Assembly (NCBI GenBank): GCA_964016885.1
Contig: OZ024740.1
Span: forward strand, 53,568,001-53,632,000
Origin: Eledone cirrhosa
Taxonomy: Eukaryota
DNA: 64,000 nucleotides
Direction: 5' to 3'
The notes beneath the pieces were generated by a model. It searched no databases. It had not been told where the DNA came from and was given only the letters and a program-made list of their open reading frames with translations. The position numbers and the translations under genes are program-made. Positions 57,291 to 64,000 of the stretch are shown here, in pieces; positions within the stretch are counted from its first letter, which is position 1, and every line of letters begins with the position of its first letter.

Positions 57291-57329
57291 TGAACAAGTA
57301 CTTTCATGCTTTCACAATCTTCAGGTTCA
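57291..57329 (-). ncRNA. Minimal hammerhead ribozyme (paralogue of 46353-46391)
   Basis: Reverse complement: TGAAC CTGAAGA T TGT-GAAA-GCA T GAAA GTAC TT GTTCA. Confidence 0.75.
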
Positions 57330-57399
57330 TAATGTGTGGTGACAGTCAAGTTTGCAATTTTCAACTGTACATATATATATATATACATATATATATCTC

Positions 57400-58330
<931 letters not shown>

Positions 58331-58353
58331 CTATTATATATGTATATATACAT

Positions 58354-58390
<37 letters not shown>

Positions 58391-58435
58391 GTGACGAAAC
58401 ATAAGTCAATTGCATGAACTCATAATCCTTTATAT

Positions 58436-58850
58436 ACTGTTATATATATTTCGATGATAGCCATTGAATGGCTATGACCTCATCAAGCAGTTAGCCAGTT
58501 CTTAGATATGCCAGCTCTGTGTTTATGGTGTTGATGTTATCAGAGCCTTGGGACATATGAGCTTGTTAGGAATAATTTAATGTTGTCGGCAGGAATTGTC
58601 TTACTTCTCATCGGTCAGTATGTAGATGCTAGTAGGGTTGGTATTTGACCTCAAAGAGGCAGGTGGTGTTGTAAAGTTCAAACCGTCAGGCAAGATGACA
58701 ATAGTTCCATATGACTGATTTTCACAAAAAGTATTCCTGGTCAGATATATATTCAATTGAGGTTTATAGTATGAAATTCGATAATACAAGTCATTCTTAA
58801 ATTGAGGAATTTGTGTGGAGTGGTACTACTGAAAATTATAGTTAGAGTAG
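58436..58850 (-). mobile_element. Probable Penelope-like 3' end with a decayed hammerhead (58436-58491)
   Basis: Reverse complement: ACTGC TTGATGA GGTC ATAGCCAT-TCA-ATGGCTAT CATC GAAA TATATA TA ACAGT. Upstream ISYYKPQLN resembles a GIY-YIG C-terminus. Confidence 0.6.
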
Positions 58851-59138
58851 AATACTAGAAAATTTACATATAAAAAATTTACATATAAAAATACTTATGT
58901 TGGTTGACTTGCACATACACTCACACCCACTCCCACAGACACACACACACACATCTACACACACAAATCCATACAGATGTGTATACATATATATGTAGAC
59001 ACAAGTGCATATATATATACAACAGAGGCCCCCAAATCCAAGTATAAAGCAGACATAAAACTAGGTGGGTATTATTTTTAAAGAAAAGTAAAGTGGGTGT
59101 TTGGAGAAGTTATTGTTTAGGCTAGACGAAAGTAGAGT

Positions 59139-59211
<73 letters not shown>

Positions 59212-59215
<4 letters not shown>

Positions 59216-62200
59216 TGTTATATTTGGGGAGGGTCATATTGTTATAATATTGCCAGTAATAATAATAAAACACAATCACTGTTTGGTTTCGATTGGTTTT
59301 CGCTTTTGTATATTTCATATCCCTATAGTTAATTTAGATGGCAATCAATTGTTAATTATTGATTGACCAACGGTTAAATATATAAATATTTATTAAAATA
59401 TATATTATCGATCCCTCCTTGGATTTTCGTCTTCACATTTATTATTATTACTATAAATATATATATATATAGTCTATCAAAATTCTTTCATCACATAAAT
59501 GTGACATCATTAGTGGCACTATTATCTTTCCTCCCGTTGTATTGTAATGTCTATTCTATTGGTTATTTATCTATTTATTCTTGTCTCTGTTTGCGCAAGC
59601 ATTTGTATGTGTGTTTTCTATTTGGTGTGTGTTCGTGTCTGAGTCGGTATGTCTTTGTATTCTATCTTTGCTCACTAGTGTGTGTTTATCTACATGTGTA
59701 TATTCATCTATATTTATCTTAGGTCACTATTGTGTGTTTGTGTATGATTCTTTTTGTTATTCCATTCATTTTCTTCTGTACAACTTCGGTTTTCTTAGTT
59801 CTATATCAGTTGTTTCTCTGATTTGTCAACCCGTTGAGTCATTTCTATGTTTAGATATTATTTAATTTCTATGTTTTCTATATTATTATAATGTCTTTAT
59901 TCATATAGTACTGAACGGCTTTATGTTTGTCCTTTTAATACACCCCAACGTTGGTCTATGCTCTCCACTGTGTATGTCATTTTCATGTTTCTGTAAGTAC
60001 CCTCTGTACATCTTATGCTATAGATTTTATTTCTGGATTTATTCTACATATGACACATTTATTATTAGTACAGTGGGCTTTCTTAAAGGGGTAAAGTTTG
60101 CTGATCAGGAATTTATGGTAGTTCATGACTTTTCTGCCTCTTCAATATTTAAATGCGTCTTTCGTAGGGCCTTTATAAATTGGTTAGCTAATTCACCTCC
60201 CGGGGTTGCATCCACGAACATGTCACTCTGCTATCTTTGGTTGTCGTACCATCAAGTGGCTTTTCGTATCTCATGTTTAGTCCTATCTACGGTATTCCAT
60301 GATTTTCTCTTGTACAATGGGTAAATCACTTCCATGTCCATATCTTTTAGGGTCTTATATTTCACCGTGGATCCTTTGTATACCCTGATTCTGTCCTTTT
60401 ATTTGTAGCCAGAGAACTGCAGAGAACACTTTGTTGTATGTGTCTTTCCAGTTCAGTTGGATCGCACATGCTGGACACATTCTTTATCTCTTTTACCAAG
60501 TCTGCGATCAGAATATTGAATTAAGCACTATTGGACATCACTGAGATTTTATGTATAAGATATTTGGAGGCCATAGATTTAGCATAATGTGAGTGGAGGA
60601 TGTGGATTTTCTTGTCTATAGTGTTTAACCAGAGTTCAGTGTCTAACATTGGTAGTCTATTGTTAGGTTGTTTGGAAGGGTAGTCGATAGTTACTGTTAT
60701 GCTCTGGTATATGGAATTAGCTTCTGCTGGATGCTCCCATTGTGTTTGTTTCTAATTCGGGTTTATTGGTACTCCCTTGTGGGTGTTTTTATTACTATAT
60801 TGATATTACCTACGTAACGAGAGTGCATGACGAGGGCTATGGAGTTCTCTTCTAGGAGTTCTATGAGTCTCAACCATACATCGCCAGCTATGGTGACGAT
60901 AATGGCCGCCCCCTCATCCTGGGTGTAAATGTTCTCATTAAATTTAACATGTGTACCTTTAGGATAGTTTTAATACTACCCCTACCGCATGTGCGTTGTT
61001 CTTAGGTGTCCGTATGGCTTTGGTCCACCCTTTTTATCTTCCAATGGGAGTCTTTTTAACCATTGAAGTTATGGTGTGTGTATGTGTGTGTGTGTGTTTG
61101 GGGGGGGGGTCTTCCTCTTGTTGATCTACTGGGGCAAAAACTACTGAGGTCATAATTATTTAAGCATTTAATGTCACATGTAAGACTAAGTAGGAGGCTC
61201 AGTTCACCCGTGTCAACGTCACAACATTCTACCTCACTCTCACTGATTATTTCCACACATTTTTCCACAGTACAATCAATGTTAATGGATGGGTACAAGG
61301 ACACTACATACAACTATCTATTATACCGTCTGTTAAGTCTCCGTTGTTGCTGCAGTCATTGATTCTGTTGAGGAGGTCTTCCGTGCTGTCACATACATAT
61401 GGGTACATCTTAATTATGGGGCGTACAATCATAGAGAGTAAGTAGGACATCCTGTAGTTGCTAGCAATATTGGCTCCGCATACAGGTCTTGTTGGTGGTC
61501 CTGTCATAGGGTCGTTATTTGTTTTATGGTCTTTGCGGAGCCCATGCAAGGGTGGTATGTCATTGTTAGATACTTGGAAATTATTGGCTGTGCGTCTACT
61601 TGGTTTTAAGATGTCGGTCCACATCATAATGTGAGCATTGAGGATCGTTTCTCTTTCCTCGTGTGTCTGACGTGTTGCTTCGTTCGTGTCGATTATGTGG
61701 GGTTACATAGCCTTGATATAGTTTGGCATGCTGTCTATTGACATCCTACTGGATTTGTCTGCAGGTAGACACACTAAATCATCATCCCTTGTGCGCTGCA
61801 TGAGGCAAGTAGGCCTTCTGTAGGTTTTCTTCCATGTTGTTGAATCTCTGGTCATCTCTGTCTCCTAGTATATTGTTCTACTACCTGTCTAAGTTTATTT
61901 CTAGCTATAGTAAACTGTGCCTCTGTTTGGTCATCTATTTGTTGTGGTATACAAACTCTTTTATTAAAGTGTAATTTAGTGGGGTAAATTTTGTTCATCT
62001 TGTACGTTTTGTAAGTTTGGTTCTCTAAGGGGTTGTCATTAAGTCTACCATTATAGTTGTGTGTACTATTATTGTTGTTATTATAGTTGTTGTTTTCCCT
62101 ACCGTTATCGTTGTTACTGCTATTTCTATTATTGTGGTTGTTACATGTATTGTTGTTATGTCTATTGTTGTTGTTGCTGTTAATCTCTCTATTGTTATCG

Positions 62201-62250
62201 TTGTTGTTACTGCTATTTCTATTATTATTATTTCTCTCTCCTGCTGTCAT
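59212..62250 (-). mobile_element. Long decayed Penelope-like retroelement
   Basis: LVCLPADKS, IPPLHGLRKDHK..PTRPVCG, DSTEDLL, VVSLYPSI, LPMLDTELW and MFVDATPGGELANQ. The 3' end is homologous to 1864-2300, with a decayed hammerhead at 59477-59518. Confidence 0.9.
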
Positions 62251-62261
62251 TGTTGTTGTTG

Positions 62262-62308
<47 letters not shown>

Positions 62309-62321
62309 GTTATTGTTATTC

Positions 62322-64000
62322 CTTGAATCTCAGTCATTGATGTTGGTTAACTGGAAAGTCCGTTGGATTGAATATCAAGCCACTACCTGCAGCCTCAGAT
62401 ATTCAGGACGTATCGGAGGGTTCTTGCCGTTCCAAGCAAGCATGCCTTTTGAAGCGTTCCAAAAAGCGTGAAGGGGCCGATTTTCTTTAACCAGCCCTGG
62501 AAACCTTTGGAGATAGTCCCCAGTGCGCCTATGACAATCGGGATCACTTTGACTTCATGGCAGTTCCAAATCCTTTTCACCTCCCACTTTAGGTCCTGGT
62601 ATCGGTTAATTTTCTCCCTCTCCTTCTCTTGCACTCTCGTGTCGAACGGGCAGGCCACATCCACAATCAGGCACGATCTTTTTTCTTTGTCCACAACCAC
62701 CAGGTCAGGTCTATTGTGTTCCAGTTTTTTGTCCGTCTGTATCCTAAATCCCACAGCACCTTCACCTGACTGTTCTCCATCACCGCCTCTGGCCTATGCT
62801 CATACCATTTCTCAGAATGTGGTAGATTGTTTACTTTGCACAGGTGCCAGTGGATCACCCTGCCCATCACATCGTGTCTCCAGCCCTTATAGTGGGTCTG
62901 GGCTAGGTGTTTACACTCGGACACAATGTGAGCCACAGTCTCCTCTCTCTCTCCACAGATCCTGCACAGTGGGCTAGCCTCCTCCTTGTAGATATGGTGC
63001 CTCAACCACTTCGTTTTGAGGGCCTGCTCCTGCGCAGCCATTAGCATTCCTTCTGTAGCCTTTTTGAGGTCTCCTCTTCTCAACCAGTTCCATGTCTGTG
63101 GATCTCTAAATTCAGTTTTCTCAAAGAAGGTACTATGAAGGGATTTTCCCTTAAGGCTGCTCTTCCTCCTTGATGTTATTTCCTCCTTGGATATCCCCTG
63201 GCCTACTGTCCCCTCCTTCAGTACAGCTCTGAGCATTGGCTCCTTACTATAGGTCACGTATTTGTATAGGTTGTTTTTCTCCATCTGAACACAGTCCTCT
63301 ATGCTGATAAGACCTCTTCCACCCTCAGATCTCCTTAGGTAGAGTCTATCGACATCACTCCTCTTGTGGAACATGTTGTAGATAGTCAATAGCTTCCTAG
63401 TCTTCCTATCCATTTCTTTTTGTTCAGCAACATTCCATCTCAGAATTCCCGCACTGTACCTAATAATAGACACAGCTCGGGAATTTACTGCGCTTATGGC
63501 ATTTCTGCTGTTCAGATGTGACTTCAATACGCTCCTTACTCTCCGAATGTATTCAGTTCTTAACAATTCCTTCATTTTTTTGTTCTTTATGCCATCAGCC
63601 TCCAGAATGCCCAAATACTTGTATCCTTCCTCAGAGTCAATTTCCTTTATCATCTCACCTGTTGGTATCTGGATCCCGTTACTTCTGCTCAACCTACCCC
63701 TCCTCATCACAATGACTCCACATTTACCAATACCAAACTGCATACATATATCACTGCTGAAAATACGGACAGTGTCAACAAGCACATCCAACTCCTTCTC
63801 ACTTTTCCCGAAGAGCTTAAGATCGTCCATGAAGAGGAGGTGATTGATGGTAAGCTCTCCCCTTCCCAACTTGTATCCTGCTCTCACTTTTCGCAGCATA
63901 ATGGTCAAGGGCATCAGGGCAAGGACAAACAACAGAGGGGACAGGCTATCTCCCTGGAAGATACCTCTCTTGATCTTCACGCTTCCCAAGGATACTCCAG
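62322..64000 (-). mobile_element. R4/Dong-like LINE (RT, CCHC knuckle, REL endonuclease), continuing beyond the window
   Basis: KRGIFQGDSLSPLLF, HLLFMDD, YKYLG, CRIC..HIVSEC, RHD, then one frameshift near 62752 to NRPDLVV..IVDVACP..KINRYQDL. The 3' end abuts (TAA)n. Confidence 0.95.

Overview
Repeat-saturated eukaryotic genomic DNA. The (TA)n/(CA)n/(GA)n density and the SINE families suggest a coleoid cephalopod such as Octopus (inference). No host protein-coding gene can be supported, and most ORF-track entries are microsatellite artefacts. Recognisable content: a full-length RTE-like LINE split by a 5' inversion and bounded by a 12-bp target-site duplication (4030-7342); an older RTE-like copy with the same inverted geometry; a 5'-truncated L1/Tx1-like LINE inside a tandem tRNA-SINE array; three R4/Dong-like REL LINEs; several Penelope-like elements (PLEs; RT and GIY-YIG remnants); a 23-bp minisatellite; and a 2.1-kb TA/TACA tract. 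The main hidden signal is about 20 type-I hammerhead ribozyme (HHR) motifs, intact or decayed, from at least 8 sequence families. They sit in short PLE-derived elements next to (TA)n, many of them fold-back palindromes with an outward-facing ribozyme on each arm. Variants include a recurrent U.U closure of stem II, very long stem II inserts, and compensatory stem II changes. All structures were read by eye and none has been computationally or experimentally tested.
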